Positions 25,301 to 40,330 are shown, counted from the stretch's first letter. The stretch is DNA of 64,000 nt from Rhodosorus marinus CCMP1338 (GCA_029953675.1 JAMWBK010000007.1:1798001-1862000), one strand, 5' to 3'. Notes: generated by a model from the sequence alone, not told the origin. Made by a program: numbers and translations.

Positions 25301-25537
25301 GTGAGGCGGGATTCTGGAGGTATAAAAAAGTTCGGCCGGGCAGGTGTGAGGAGGAGGGGGAGGGATGAGATGTGGGGAAGGTTTTTCAAGTAGTTCAGGG
25401 GGAACTGGGTTTATATTGAGTTGTACAGTGAATATATATATGGGCTGGTAGAAAGGTAGGGGGCTGTGTTGTCCGTGGAATTTTGAAGTTTTGATTTAGG
25501 GTTTTTTGGGGGAGGGAGTGGGTGTGGGAGAGGAAGA

Positions 25538-26626
25538 ATGGCGGCGTTTGTTTCTGGTGTTTGCTCTGGCTCCTTTTTGGGGCAGAGGAGTTTGTCGTCA
25601 GCTTCAACCGGGAAGAGAGTGAGTGGGGTGCGAGTAGCGAGGACTGTTCGTGCAGTAGCTGCGCCTGTGCCTCAGAACACTAAGGAAGGGAGGACAAAGC
25701 CGCAGAGGAAGGAGGGAGAGGTTTTGCACAAGATCTTCAACTCCGATATTGAGGTTAGAAGAGATATCCCTTATTGGTCTCCACGTAAATGGGTTGCGAA
25801 GGATTGGGTTGTCATGGGGTTCGTTGGCGCGATCCACATCGCGGCACTCGCTGTCCCATTCACGATGAGCTGGGCGAACGTGGCGGTCTTCACCATCATG
25901 TACATCATTACTGGGATGTTGGGAATCACGCTCACCTACCATCGGCTGCTCTCTCACAAGGCGTTCAAGGTGCCGAAACCGGTAGAATACTTTCTCGCTT
26001 ACTGTGGCGTGTTAGCCTGCCAAGGAGATCCGATTACGTGGGTCAAAGACCACCGACATCACCACAAGTACTGCGACACTGATCAGGATGTGCACAGCCC
26101 CTTCGAAGGGTTCTGGTGGTCGCATGCCGGATGGTTGTTGAACACTGACGAGAGGCATAAGAGAATGGAACCCTCTTCAAGTTTGGCAGCAGATCTGGAG
26201 TCGCAGCCGTTCTACAAGTTCATGAAGAAGACCTATGCCCTCCATCTTATCTTGTCCGGCGTTTTACTGTGGTCGCTCTTCGGTTTCGGCGGTTTCGTTT
26301 GGGGTTTTGCGTTCCGTGCTGTGTGGGTGTACCACATCACATGGTTTGTTAACTCGGCTTCACATGTCTGGGGCTACCAGAGCTACAAGACTGGAGATAT
26401 TTCGATGAACAACTGGTGGGTGGGTATCCTAGCTTTTGGAGAGGGTTGGCACAACAACCATCATGCGTTTGAATACTCGGCGAGGCATGGGCTTGAATGG
26501 TGGCAGTACGATCCTACTTGGTGGTGCGTGCGGCTCCTGGAGATGACCGGGATCGCAACGAACGTGAAACTGCCCAGCGCGGCTGCCAAGCAGCGTCTTG
26601 CCATCACAGCTGAAACACCCAACTAA
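25538..26626 (+). CDS. Plastid-targeted acyl-lipid delta-9 desaturase (DesC/ADS/FAD5-like), intronless
   Basis: 362-aa ORF with a Ser/Arg-rich transit peptide MAAFVSGVCSGSFLGQR and three His boxes: YHRLLSH, HRHHH and HNNHH (GEGWHNNHHAF). Confidence 0.95.
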   Translation: MAAFVSGVCSGSFLGQRSLSSASTGKRVSGVRVARTVRAVAAPVPQNTKEGRTKPQRKEGEVLHKIFNSDIEVRRDIPYWSPRKWVAKDWVVMGFVGAIHIAALAVPFTMSWANVAVFTIMYIITGMLGITLTYHRLLSHKAFKVPKPVEYFLAYCGVLACQGDPITWVKDHRHHHKYCDTDQDVHSPFEGFWWSHAGWLLNTDERHKRMEPSSSLAADLESQPFYKFMKKTYALHLILSGVLLWSLFGFGGFVWGFAFRAVWVYHITWFVNSASHVWGYQSYKTGDISMNNWWVGILAFGEGWHNNHHAFEYSARHGLEWWQYDPTWWCVRLLEMTGIATNVKLPSAAAKQRLAITAETPN

Positions 26627-27980
26627 ATAGTCACGGTTGTCAGTCACTCACTACTGGACTTCGGAAGAGAGGATGGGGCAGGTCGACTAGGAGGATCGAC
26701 GGAACCTGTTTTTCTCCCAGTGGCTGCAGAGGATAACTGCGTAAGGGTTTTGTTTTTTTTTGTTTGACAAAAGTTTAGTATTAGAATGTGCTAGCCAGCG
26801 CGTTCGTGAGCAAGAGACATGACCCGCTCTAACACATCGATTATCATATGAAGAGAAAATGGAATAAATTGGATTTCGGATAAATAGATAAGATAACAAC
26901 AGTCTACAAACACAGCCAACGCATATGAAGTTTTCCGTGAGCTGTTCCTTCAGACGTTCGTCGAGCTTCCTGTTTCCCCCTCCGACGACACTCGCGCCCT
27001 TGGCTTTTGAGGCGCTTCTCTTCGAAGGGTTGTGTTTCGTTTTGTCAATGGGTGCCACGACACAGAGTAGGGATCGATGGGATTCCAAACCCTCACCAGA
27101 GTGCATTGGTGCGATTTTTTCTTTTTGCACATAAAAAGATCCAAGCGAAAATACCGAGTCAACAAACAAGAGATCAAATCCTCTCAAATCACCTCAACGG
27201 GTCTCAACCCCATCCCGAACCGAATCCTATCCCATGAGCCAAAAAAGCCTCAACAAACATAATTATGACACTAAAAATACGTCTAATAAAAATTAGATCC
27301 ATATTTGTCCAAGCTTATGATGTAATAATTTCTAATCACGTCTCTTTTGACTTAATAAAGACCGCTACTATTGTACTATTCGTAAAAACGACGTTGCAAC
27401 TTGTAGAACAAAACTAGAGCCACGTAATATTGTAAAATAGATGATAATATCCAATATTGTTCTTTATTAAGACACTATAAATTCTTTATTAGAGTCATAT
27501 TGGCATAATTTAGATTTCCAACGTTGTGAGGCGGTAAAGTGCTGGTTCGCTCGAATCCCATCGGGCGGGTGGCCGACTTTTCCAAACAGAACTGATTTCG
27601 TTTTGGAGAGTGATATGTGGCTTATGACAAGTTAGCATTGAGGACTTTTTGATGTAATTCTGAGGGGTTAAAGTGGGACATCCTTTTTGTTGGGGGGGAG
27701 GGGGGAGTGGAGTGAAGAGGGGGGTTTGGTTATTTTAACTTTAATTTTTGTCTGGTTTTTCGTCATCTAAGAGGAGCACGTGAGGGGACTGTCTTCGCAG
27801 TGTCTGTGACGGTGTCTGGAAGGGTATTTCGATGCGTTAAGAGTGAAGTAAGGTCTCTTTTCCGGACTTCTGTGGTATTTTCTGGGCAAACCGCTTGGGA
27901 GGGATAGTGGAGGTCAGGTTTGTGTGGCAGGATAGGTTAAGTCTTGATCTTTGTCTTGTCCGAGTATGGGGAGTAGAGGG

Positions 27981-29345
27981 ATGAGGGGATGGATTTTTCT
28001 GTATATAGTCAGTGTTGGTGTTCTGGTTGCTTCCAGTTTTGCCACGGAGCGAGTTCCAACGATAATCTCCGGCGGGTTGGTTGATCCTATCATAAGAAAA
28101 CATGAGGTTGGCGACGAGGTAAGTTATGTTTTTCCGCATTCAGAACGTGCGCAAAGGACTTTTTCGTTGGGTCATCATGAAAGAGCTTGTGCGATGAACA
28201 TCTTCCACGATGTCGCGTTGAAGATCGTCAACCGTCCTTGTGCCTTTTTGATTTCGAAATCAGTCGCAGCACTTAAAGGATTGAACGATTGGAAACTTAA
28301 CGGTGATGAGTTCGATTTCTCGCGTTTTCTAGAACACTGAAGCTGATGCGAAGAAGATGAGCCCGAAAGATCAGTACTTAACTCAAGCACAAGAGATTCT
28401 GTCTAGATTTGAGACGATCTTCATCTCATTCCTCATCCCGATCGGACTGGTTGGCTCTCTGTTCGGAATCGTCCTCTTCAAGACGTTCCTTGTTCTCGCT
28501 GGATTCATCGGTGCTGGCTCTATCACCTACGTCGGGCTGGTTAGGGCTACGGCGGGAACCGCGGTCGCTGGGTGGCTTCCCATTCTACTTGGGATCCTCG
28601 TGGGTCTCATAGGAGCGTACGAAATCGCTTTTAAGTTCAGAATCAAAGCAAAACTCTTCTTCTTCGCTGACTCGAAACCCGTCTGCGCCTCGGATTGACC
28701 CATTCCCGTAGGTACATAGCTTTCCGACTCTCGATTGTAGGCGTTTTCCTTATTGGTTCCTCTCTTGGGGTCGCACTAGCGATGATACTTTGGACGACAA
28801 GATTCTATCACAAGGCCAGCCCTGACGATCCTCTGAAAGTCTTCAAAATAACCGCTTCGGTTCTTGGTCTAGTAACCGGCGTGGCCTCATTGTTCTTTGA
28901 GAAGTTCCTGATCGTCGTCGCAATGGCGTACACGGGATCTTTTGCCACAGTTTACGGAGTTGGCCATCTTCTTGGCAAGTTTCCAGATATGCAACATTTC
29001 CGTGACCATGGCGTGCTCACGAGTGCGTGGGTTTGGCTATGGTTTGTGTGGTTCGTTCTCCAATCGAGCCTTGGAATGTTCATCCAGTTCAGGATCGTGG
29101 ATCGTCGGATCGGAGATCCGACCAAACCCGACGATGAAGAGGCGGCGATTGGCGGAGAAAACAGTTTCTACTTTGGAAACTCGCAGGGAGCGGAGGGAGA
29201 GGAGTCCGACTCAGCTGAGGACAACGAACCGTGGAACGATTGGGGAGACGATGATGATAATGCTGAACAGCAGCCGGCGGTGCCCCTTGCTCAGCCACCC
29301 AACCGAACCATCAAGTCCGCAGGCCATATTGTGAAAAAGGACTAG
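27981..29345 (+). CDS. DUF4203 (TM7S3/TMEM198-like) multi-pass membrane protein, spliced
   Basis: Signal peptide MRGWIFLYIVSVGVLVASS; transmembrane segments IPIGLVGSLFGIVLFKTFLVLAGFIGAG, GVFLIGSSLGVALA and FLIVVAMAYTGSFATVYGVGHLLG; acidic C-terminal tail. Confidence 0.7.
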
Positions 29346-30057
29346 GTTTCAGCTTCGCATAGCCTCGGAAAGCCGTTCAGCCCCTCCCCCCCTGTTTTTT
29401 TTTTCTTCGGAAGATTTCCAGCGGTGTAGTCCAAATCTTCACGCAGTCATATGCTTGTTTGGTTGGCTACTACGAACTAAGCTCAAACTGAGCTCGAACT
29501 GCGCGCAACCCGCCAATTGCGCTGAGTGGATTCTTAATCGCGTGGGAATGTAGCATGTGCAGATTAGTACCTGCACGTCCTTCGTCAGACCGTGGGTCGG
29601 TCTCTTGGGAAACCGCGGGATTCGGAAGTGGGAAAGGTCCCCTGCGTTTACAGCCATCGGACCGGAACATGGGAATGCGTTCCTGTTGTGCCATTGACTA
29701 CTAGATGAATTGTACAGCCTTTCGCGGAGAGTTACCGATCTTGTGTTTCTTGTTTTCCTCGTTTCTCTTTCGAATACCTTCTTCTTTAAAACAATGAACA
29801 CATTAATCAAGTAGGTACCTTTTCCAAAGACCAACAGGAGTAAAATTTGCGATCTACATACAAAAAACCAAAGATCAAAAAGAACCACAAAAACCAGGAG
29901 ACATAGACCTGAGGATTGGGAAAAGCCAACAAAGCGCATCCCAAGACCCAGGATCCTCGAGCAGAGCAACTGAGGCTAGCCAGAAAGATCGGGGTCTTCA
30001 CGCAGAGGCAAGTTCAGTCCCACCCCCTTGTACCAAACGACTATGGACACTACCATC

Positions 30058-32331
<2,274 letters not shown>

Positions 32332-32428
32332 CCTAACCCTACCAGGCCCCCCCCACCCCCCCCACCCCCGCCCCCAAACCCCCCAAAAAACCACCACAAA
32401 ACTCCTCAAGCAAAACAAAGAAACAAAA

Positions 32429-32467
32429 CCCTCCTCCTACCTCCTCCTCCTCCTCCTCCTCCTCCTC
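32429..32467. repeat. (CCT)n microsatellite in the DED1 upstream region
   Basis: About 9 perfect CCT units plus an interrupted extension. A short (TA/CA)n tract follows at ~32506-32540. Confidence 0.9.
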
Positions 32468-34119
32468 TCAAACCGAAACTAGCTCCTAACAAATATCCAT
32501 TCTAAACACATACATACATACATATATATTTATATACATATACCAACTACTACAAGAAATCGAAAACAGAACTGCTCAATTCCAAACCTAAATGCTTGCG
32601 TAACCTTTCCCTCCCGTTCCTCCTCCTTCCGCTCCCGAAACCTCACCTTCCCCAAACCTTCCAATTCCTTCCTCATAGTTCTTCTTAAGCCACTCGAATC
32701 TCCCCCCCTTATGATTCTAAAGGAGAACCGTATAGATCCCACCATAAATTTATTCAATTCATAAAAACAGGATTTTGAGGCGATTAAGAATGACTACTGG
32801 ATGCAGAAAATTACAGCGGCCGTCATTATCCGTCAGACGTGAGACGCTCACTCCCGGAAAAACAAATTGGCGGGTGGGTGTGAAAGCTGGCTTTTCTTCC
32901 GCGGAGGTAGATAAGGAGGTGGTGGTGAGGAGGTACGGAGGTAGTCGTTTTGCTCTCTGTGGTTTTGTTGCTGAGCTAGGAGTTGTCCTTAATGAGGAAC
33001 AGCCGAGACTCGTTCCCTTACTCGGGCCCGAGCCAGGCGGGAGTGTTTGAAACCAAAAGGCTGTGGTGACTGTGTAGACAAATGCTGCGGTTTTCAGTTC
33101 TTTAGAATAACGGAAGAAAATAAATATAAGAACAAATTAGTGAGGGTGCGGTGGCTGGCTTTTTTTTGGACGGGGTGGATAGTTTCTTCTGGTACTCGTA
33201 ATTGTATTTTTTGTGAATATAAATTAACTTGGAGAGGAAAAATGAGGGGTAGGTAGAATTTGGATGGGAGTGAATTCCAGACGGATCAAAGTCTATTGAA
33301 AATGATTTCCGTCTCGGTATAAAATATGACCATATTTTGGGGGGTAAGATAAAACATACCTGTATTCTGTTTAATCATCTTGACAAATATTATTAGGTGT
33401 ATTTGGCTTTCTGGAGAGGTAGGGAGGGGTAGGAAGGAATGGAATACTCTCTATTTCTACGGACAACTTCCCCCCTTCCCACCCCTCTAGCTACTCGTTC
33501 AAGACTAGCTGGAGACTAGTCCAACAACAAAATTAAGGGGGGTATGGTCTCCTGAAAACATACTCAAAGGGTGCTGATGAGCCCGAATCGAACATTTAGA
33601 AATCACGGATTGTCTAAAAACCAAGGGGTTCATACAACGAGCAAAAGCTATGGAACCGACAAGAAGAACCCGTGGTCCCTGCGCTGGGACGGAAGGAGAA
33701 ACTCCAAATCCACTAATACTATATCTTACCATTAATACAATATAATACTGTATTTTCCGCTAGGCAGACATGTTTGTTTTGCTTCTCCCATACCGTTCAT
33801 TTTATTTGATTGATATCAATCTATATTTTTATTGAAAGGAGGTTTTTGATGCCGTTTGGGGTAGGGGGTGATTTTCCTTTGATGAAGCTGGTTGGCAACT
33901 CGTCAATTCGGGAAGGATACATTCCGTCTGGGCGGAAGGTGAGGTGCGGGATTTCTCTGTTTTTCTTTTATTATGAGTTGGAATATGCGCATTAGATGAG
34001 AAAGCCAGGATTACAAGCTGGATAGGTCCTTTTCGGTTGGTGATTCTGTTTATAAATACTCTGACGGTCGTCTTTGGGAGTGGTGTTATTGTTGTTTTTT
34101 TTGCTTTGAGCCAGCCAGG

Positions 34120-34787
34120 ATGGACAACCCGAATCCGGAGATTCGACAGGTGAAACGAGATGTTCTTCGAGCGGATTCGCCTTTGGAAGAAACGATATAT
34201 GGTGAGGATGAAGTGTTGAACCGTATCCTTCTACTCAGATCTGTTGCTTGTAAATCTTTTGGCCATTTTCTCCGGAGAACTGGCTTTGTTGCTGACTCTG
34301 ACGACCGCTATTGAACAGAGCTTCTGAGAGACATTCGGGATCCTGAGCATCCGAATACGTTGGAGGAGTTGTCTGTCATCGAGAAGGAGAATATCAGCAT
34401 CTCGGAGCCGGAAGAGTTTATGAAGGCGGTTGTCAGCGTACGGTTCGTGCCGACGGTGCCGCACTGCTCTATGGCGTCGCTAATTGGCTTGTCGATTCGC
34501 AGCAAGATTCAGGTAGTCTAGCTTGGCTCTGACGATGAGGCTCACCGACCATGTGCCCCGCGGCTAACTAAGAGCGGCTCTTTGTGATTAAGGATTCTGA
34601 CGTGCTTGGAGAGGATTACAAACTCGACGTTGAGGTTATGGAGGGAACTCATGATACCGGGGATGAGATAACCAAACAGTTGAACGACAAGGAAAGAGTG
34701 GCAGCTGCGCTCGAAAACCAGATCCTTCGAGGGCTTGTTGACGATTGCTTACGTGGAGTTGCGCACTTGAGGGTTGTACCTCAATGA
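34120..34787 (+). CDS. CIA2: Cytosolic Fe-S assembly protein CIA2 (MIP18/FAM96/AE7 family), 3 exons
   Basis: MDNPNP..ETIY spliced to [40 protein letters not shown], then [25 protein letters not shown]. Confidence 0.95.
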
Positions 34788-35392
34788 GTTCCCAACCGCT
34801 AGACACCGACGGTTTGCTCTCTGGATTCTAACTTGATGCTGACTTTGGACAACTTTGACTTGTAAATAAGAAGTGTAAATGGTCGTGAGAGAAAGTTCTG
34901 ACTCTGCATGAGGTCCGTTCCCGGGACGTTCACTTGGGGCTATTGGAGGTGGAGAAAACTGGGAAGCATTGCCCACGTTTAACAATTTGAGCTCTGGGAA
35001 ACTTGGTACCCCACTCTGGGGTCTCCTTAGCCTAGCCTCTCTTCCATTCCTTGCGCATCCCTAGCGCTACATTCCGTAGTTGGAATAAACGGTCGCAACC
35101 CCATGAAGGTCATCAAGCACGATAGCAACCGCGCCTCATATCAGCAGAACTCCATCCGCGAGGTAACTCCCCTCGCCTCCAGCACGCAGCGCACCTGAAT
35201 CAAGACGAAAAACTTCCACCATCCTTCGCGGCTCAAGCCGGATGGCCATGCGGCGCTTTCTTGATGCCCAACAAGAAATAAGACCCAACCCATTCCTCTT
35301 GAAGCAACTCAAAGCGAGGCCGGGCAGCGAAAAGAGAGGGGCTCTATTTATTTTAACTAAACATGATATTTAAATGCAATTTGAATTTGTGC

Positions 35393-35402
35393 CCCAACGG
35401 CT
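35393..35402 (+). promoter_or_regulatory. Candidate MSA (mitosis-specific activator) element
   Basis: CCCAACGGCT matches YCYAACGGYY exactly, about 290 bp upstream of the kinetochore-like gene. Confidence 0.35.
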
Positions 35403-35692
35403 GTATTCATTGGACGAGTCCCTGGAGTCCTTCGTTTTCTTCCAAAACTCAAGGCTCAGTCAAGCGTGGACATTGGCAATGGAGAGCTTGCTAAGAGAGC
35501 AAAGCACAATTTTATATGCCGCAGGTGTTCAGACTTGCGTTTACAGAAGCTGGAGCGAGTGTGTTGGTTTGAGGTACAGGCCATACGGGGAGTTACCAGT
35601 TCGTGTAATAGGTGAGAACCAGCTACTTGACGAGCCGAAGTTTTCGCGTGCGTTTTGGATCGGGCTTGTTTTTGTTGGTCTCGCAGAAGGAA

Positions 35693-37037
35693 ATGGAAGT
35701 CGCACACGAGGGAACGGAGACAGTGTTCGATGCGGCTACTGCCGATCGGGTACTGGCAGAGTACAAATCGTTATTCGAGGAAGCGTCTCTTAAGGATCTG
35801 CTTGTTTCGGCGACTTTGGAGGAGGAGGAATCTGGGAGCAATGAATCCAGAATGTTGCTCAAGCATGCTCAGGTAGGATGTCCCGATATCCCCATGACTA
35901 TCAGCTGCTTTAGCATGAACCGGTTATTGACAACGGAGTTGATGATCTCCTAAAACTTCGCTAATAGGACCGCGTGAGGAAATTGAAGAGCAACTTTCTG
36001 GAGCTTGAGACCAAGGCAAGGTTTCTCGAAGTGATCCTCAACGCTAAAGATATGGACTCCATCAACGTTTCTGACGAGATGCTTGCGGAAACGGAGATTT
36101 CCGTTGCACATGCGAAGAACAAGCTTAAGAAGCTGAAGGAGCGGGATGCCGAAGACAGGTCCGAACTGGAGTCTACTATTCAGGGCTTAGCTTCTCGATT
36201 CGAGGAGTACGAGGCAATGCATAAAGTCACTGGCGCAAAACTTAACGCTCTGGTTGCATCTGTTGAGGACAAGAAAGCTCAGATGGCAGTGGAGGACTTT
36301 CTCACCTCCGGTGATGATGCCCGGATTGCTATGGTAAGTCCGACGTTAGTTGAAATGGAGCCAACCCAAACTCTGAGATTATGAAAGGGCTCAAGCTTCC
36401 TTTCGTTCTCTGTGTTGAAGTGCTTTGAAAACATTGACCAGGCCGGAAAGGAGGGAGTTCAGACGCTTCTCGATGCAGAGGTGCGACAGCAGGAGATGCT
36501 CAGCAAGAGAATAGTAGCAGCGGAGAAAGAGATTGCACAACTGGAAGTGGTTAAGACCTCCGCTCAGGAGCAGGTAACAGTACTAGGTGGGGAGGTGAAG
36601 CAGCTGGAGAGCAGAGTGCAGAACAAGGAAGAAGAGGACAGCAGGAGAGCACAGCTTCGGGAACTAAGCAACTCGTACGTGAAAAGTACTTCAACGCTCG
36701 CCAATCTCACTGGCGTCAAGGTGGTGGATGCTTCTCCGAGACAGGTCCGCCTCAATGTGACACTCGTGGACAAAAGAGCGTTCGACTTGTGCCTCCTCCT
36801 AGATCGCTATGGGTAAGCAAACCGCACTCCTGGCGCTTCTCAGATACTCATTCCTTAGAATTAAGTCACTTACCAACCTCGAACGAACCGAACTTCAGGT
36901 CGGGTGTCACAAGCGCTGAGATTAGCCCCGGATCGATCCAGATCGAAGGCAAGCAGCTCGAGAACAGATCAACCCAGGAGGTCGTTGCGAGAATAATAGA
37001 TCTTCTCGAAAGTCAGGATCCAGTTTCGAGCAAGTAG
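35693..37037 (+). CDS. Coiled-coil kinetochore protein, Zwint-1/Sos7/Kre28-like, multi-exon
   Basis: RKLKSNFLELETKARFLEVIL..LAETEISVAHAKNKLKKLK..ELESTIQGLASRFEEY resembles the Sos7/Kre28 signature KLKFSYLEQxTKEKFL (from memory). A long coiled coil and an RWD-like C-terminus (VRLNVTLVDKRAFDLCLLLD) follow. The start may extend upstream. Confidence 0.6.
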
Positions 37038-37433
37038 AGCCCGAACGAGACGACGGATGTTTCCACAGGATTGTAATATATTTATATAAAAGATTTCCAT
37101 GAGTTGAGAGCTTCGAACCCTCCCCGCCGGAAACGTGATGGCAGAAAGGGATTTCAGACCCAAAAGTGAAGCGTATCTCCGAGCCTGGAGTCTCAGTATT
37201 TCGTCACCGCTTTCCACCGGAAGAAAGGGGTGCTTCGAAATCGGCAGCTTCAGATAACGACCAAAGTTCGTCCTCCAACCACTGGCAGATTCTATCACGG
37301 CAAAGTGCGCTGCTGGGTATGTTTGTAGCCGGCCTGCTCGGTGCGGGCTGCTCCCAACTCCATGGGGCACGTCCTGCTTCTCAGGAAAGGATTAGGCATG
37401 GCTCTCGTGATTTGATGGCTATGCTCCAAAAGG

Positions 37434-39034
37434 CTATGGGTTTTTCCAAAGCAGGAGGCGTCCACGGAGTTGAGGAAACCTGGTCTCCAAGTCCATCACC
37501 CGCATGGACGCTTCTCGGTATTTATATCGCTCAGACGTGTGCATGAGTACGATGACTTCGTTTTCGAACGCGTCCGCATTTTGACCTTTTTTCGAACACA
37601 CACAGAACAAAACCAAGACAGCTAAATCAGACCCTGACGGTGAAAAGCTACCGTGCAAGCCCCAGTTGCCGCATTGAGTTTTACCCAATTGTTCGAGATG
37701 AATATGTTTTGTGTCTGCTGCTTTTTTCCAGGTCCGATCACACATGAACGTGCATTCCATAATCAGAACTCTTGCTCGGAGAAGGCTCTCATGTTTCATG
37801 ATTCCATCGATCGTCGTATCCCCGGTAAAGCCCAGCACGGGCTCTTCAGTGACCTCGATGACCTGGAAACGAGGGAAGGGGAGGACCCGAGCGGCCCGAG
37901 CCGGTGAGGCTTGCTCAGCTTTTCTCGAACTGATCGCGTCAACCAGCAAAGTCTTGAGGTAGTGCCAGAAGCAATGACCATTCTGAGAAACACTCACGTG
38001 TTCGCCAGCTTTTACCAACCGTCTTATCTCCTTGTTTGGAAGATTCCTATACTGCTCCAGGACGGTTCTTCGGGACCCCATCAGTACGTACGCACAGGTA
38101 GGCACTCGATGATCCATAGGTAGGCTTTTCATTCGAAGTCCTTTCGCAAGCGGGACGTTCACATCTGATTCCTGGTTCGCAGGTGAACAGCTCCCCTGCC
38201 TTTCAGTTCCGGTGTCAGCTAGGAATGAGGAGATTACTGTCGTTTTCATACCTCTTCGTAAGGTATCGGGTGTACTGAGCAGATCTGTTTCAATTCGACT
38301 GGTGTGCCGTGAGGTCCCGCATCCAGAAGCGTCGATTCTTTCAGGAGGTTCATCCAGTTGGTCTTATAGCAGTTCGGCATTACCACGGTCGGGGTTGGAG
38401 AGCCTGCTCTATTCTGTCCACGCACTCTCAAGATATGATGGAGAGCACCGATGTGATCAGAATGTCCGTGGGTTATTGCGTAGACGCGCGCTCCCTCAAC
38501 TCTGAGAACAAAATAGAGAAAAAGAGGGCAGAGCAGGACATCTGTCTGACTCAGCCTTCGAGGAGCTACTCAGCACGGGTTCGGGGTGTCGATTCCTGAC
38601 CCTTCGTGGTATCGACCAGCGTCAAAACAGATGCCAAATTCCTTCACGAAGATGGTCGTTCCAATACCAGACACACTTGTGCCGCTCAGCGTCGCGCCAA
38701 TCTGAGGTATCCACAATGAACCCCGCTCCCGATCATCTCGGGCACGTCCGCCAGACTTGTAAGGCATGGATTGATCAAATCTTCTCCTCCTCAGCTGTTC
38801 ATCCAGCTGAGCAGCCTCCCCAATTTCTCTGTAACGCCGCGTTCTACCTAAAACATCGAACACGGAGAGCACTTCAGCTCTTTGCAGAACGGTAAATACA
38901 CTCTCAGGAGCACAAGCACCAGCTTAAAACACAGACAACCACGATGAAGAGTGAGTTCCGACAGCGCAAGTACCTCTAAACTGAATTCCACCTCCTGAAG
39001 AAATTCGCTTGAACGTGAGCACCCCGATTACCAT
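37434..39034 (-). CDS. TRZ: tRNase Z, short (TM-type) metallo-beta-lactamase, multi-exon
   Basis: GTSVSGIGTTIFVKEFGICFDAG; after the intron 38598-38503 comes AITHGHSDHIG (HxHxDH). Also DHRVPTCAY, the flexible arm YRNLPNKEIRRLVKAG, FTGDTT, LIMECTF, HIHL and LMHTSERY. The 5' exon (ATG 39034) is less certain. Confidence 0.88.
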
Positions 39035-39167
39035 CACAAACTCGGCGTTTCTATAAGCATCGAGAGCGCTCTCTTTTCTTCTTCTCAGACTCCTCAGTCT
39101 TTATAAACTTGAAAAAGGCTTCATCGTCTTCTGAGCCTTCCTCTCTCTTCAGAGAAAGCAAAACCGG

Positions 39168-40330
39168 CACCGTTGCTCGACTCTCCCAGAGCGTCTTCCG
39201 GCGACACGAACTTTGGCAAATTCTTCAGTAAAAAAGTCTTGATGTTCTTGTTCTGTCATCCTCCTTCGTCGCCAATGATTGAAAGTCGTCTTGTCCTAAC
39301 CTTCCTCGGCGTCTTCACGCTGACTAGTGAACTGCTTCCTCCTTCCCACACACGGGGGGAGGGGAGGGAAGTGACGAGAAACTGGAGACGGCTCAAGAAC
39401 ACGTCGGACAGTTGGGGGAGTAAATTTGGGAGGGTCAACACCAACCCAACTAAAAACTGTCACAGTAGAAATCATGGAGTTAAGTCGACTCCCCGCGAGT
39501 GTCTTTCGGCGCTACCAACTTGGGCAACTTCTTCAGAGAAAAAGTTTTTTGATGTTTTGTCATCCTTCGTCGCCGATGATTGAAAGTCTTGTCCTAAGCT
39601 TCATCAGCGTCTCACGCTGGCCAGAGAACTGCTTCCTCCTCTCCAGAGCGGAGCGGGGGGGGGGGGAAGTGGGAGAACTGGAGACGGCTCAAGAACACGT
39701 CAGGCAGTTGGGGCAGTAAATTTTGGAGGGGTCAAGACCAACCAACTAAACTGTCCAAGTAGAAAAACATGGAGTTAAGTCGATTCCCCCGAAGTGTCTT
39801 TCGGCGCTACCCACTTGGGCTACGTCTTCAGTGAAAAAGTGTTGATGCCAATGATTGAAAGTCGTCTTGTCCCAACCTTCTTCAGCGTCCTCACGCTGGC
39901 AAGAGAACTACTTCCTCCTCCCTAGAGAGCGGGTGGGGAAGTACAGAGAACTGGGGACGGCTCCAGAACAATTCGAGCAGTTGGCGGAGTAAATTCGGGC
40001 CGATCAAGACCAACCAAACTAAACTGATTTTCCCAGCAGAAAACATGGAGTTAAGTCAGCTCCCCGCGAGTGTCTTTCGGATCTACCAACTTGGGCAACT
40101 TCTTCAGTTAAAATGCTCTGATGTTTTGTCATCCTTCTTCGTCGCCAATTATTGAAACTCGTCTTGTTCCAACCTTCATCAGCGTCCTCACGCTGCTAGA
40201 GAACTACTTCCTCCCAAGGGCGCGGAAAGGGGAAGTTGGGAGGACGAGGAACGGCTGAAGAACACATTGGGCAGTTGGAGACAACCAAACTGAACTATCC
40301 CAAGCAGAAAAACGTGATGTTAAGTTTCAG
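39168..40330. repeat. Degenerate tandem array, 4 copies plus the start of a fifth, unit ~270-305 bp
   Basis: The anchor (a)tggagttaagtc occurs at 39474, 39769 and 40045, with a diverged version at ~39168 and a partial one at 40314. Shared blocks: gtgtctttcgg, cttcag, gccaatgattgaaagtc, cacgctg, cttcctcc..ggaagt, agaaca, cagttgg..ccaa(a)ct. Confidence 0.95.

Noticed and set aside
27520-27580. tRNA-like TCGAATCCC motif
   Set aside because: No cloverleaf, D-arm or acceptor stem can be built around it.
34223-34230. U12-type donor-like GTATCCTT in CIA2 (also ATATCCTT at 53952)
   Set aside because: The canonical GTGAGG donor at ~34202 gives the expected [15 protein letters not shown] junction, and no matching U12 branch site or acceptor is evident.
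39426-39719. Small repeated ORF MELSRLPASVF.. as an F-box-like mini-gene family
   Set aside because: The frame is intact in only one copy; the others carry early stops or frameshifting indels.
39168-40330. CRISPR array interpretation of the tandem array
   Set aside because: Units are ~290 bp and homologous along their whole length. There are no short invariant repeats with unique spacers, no cas genes, and the context is eukaryotic.
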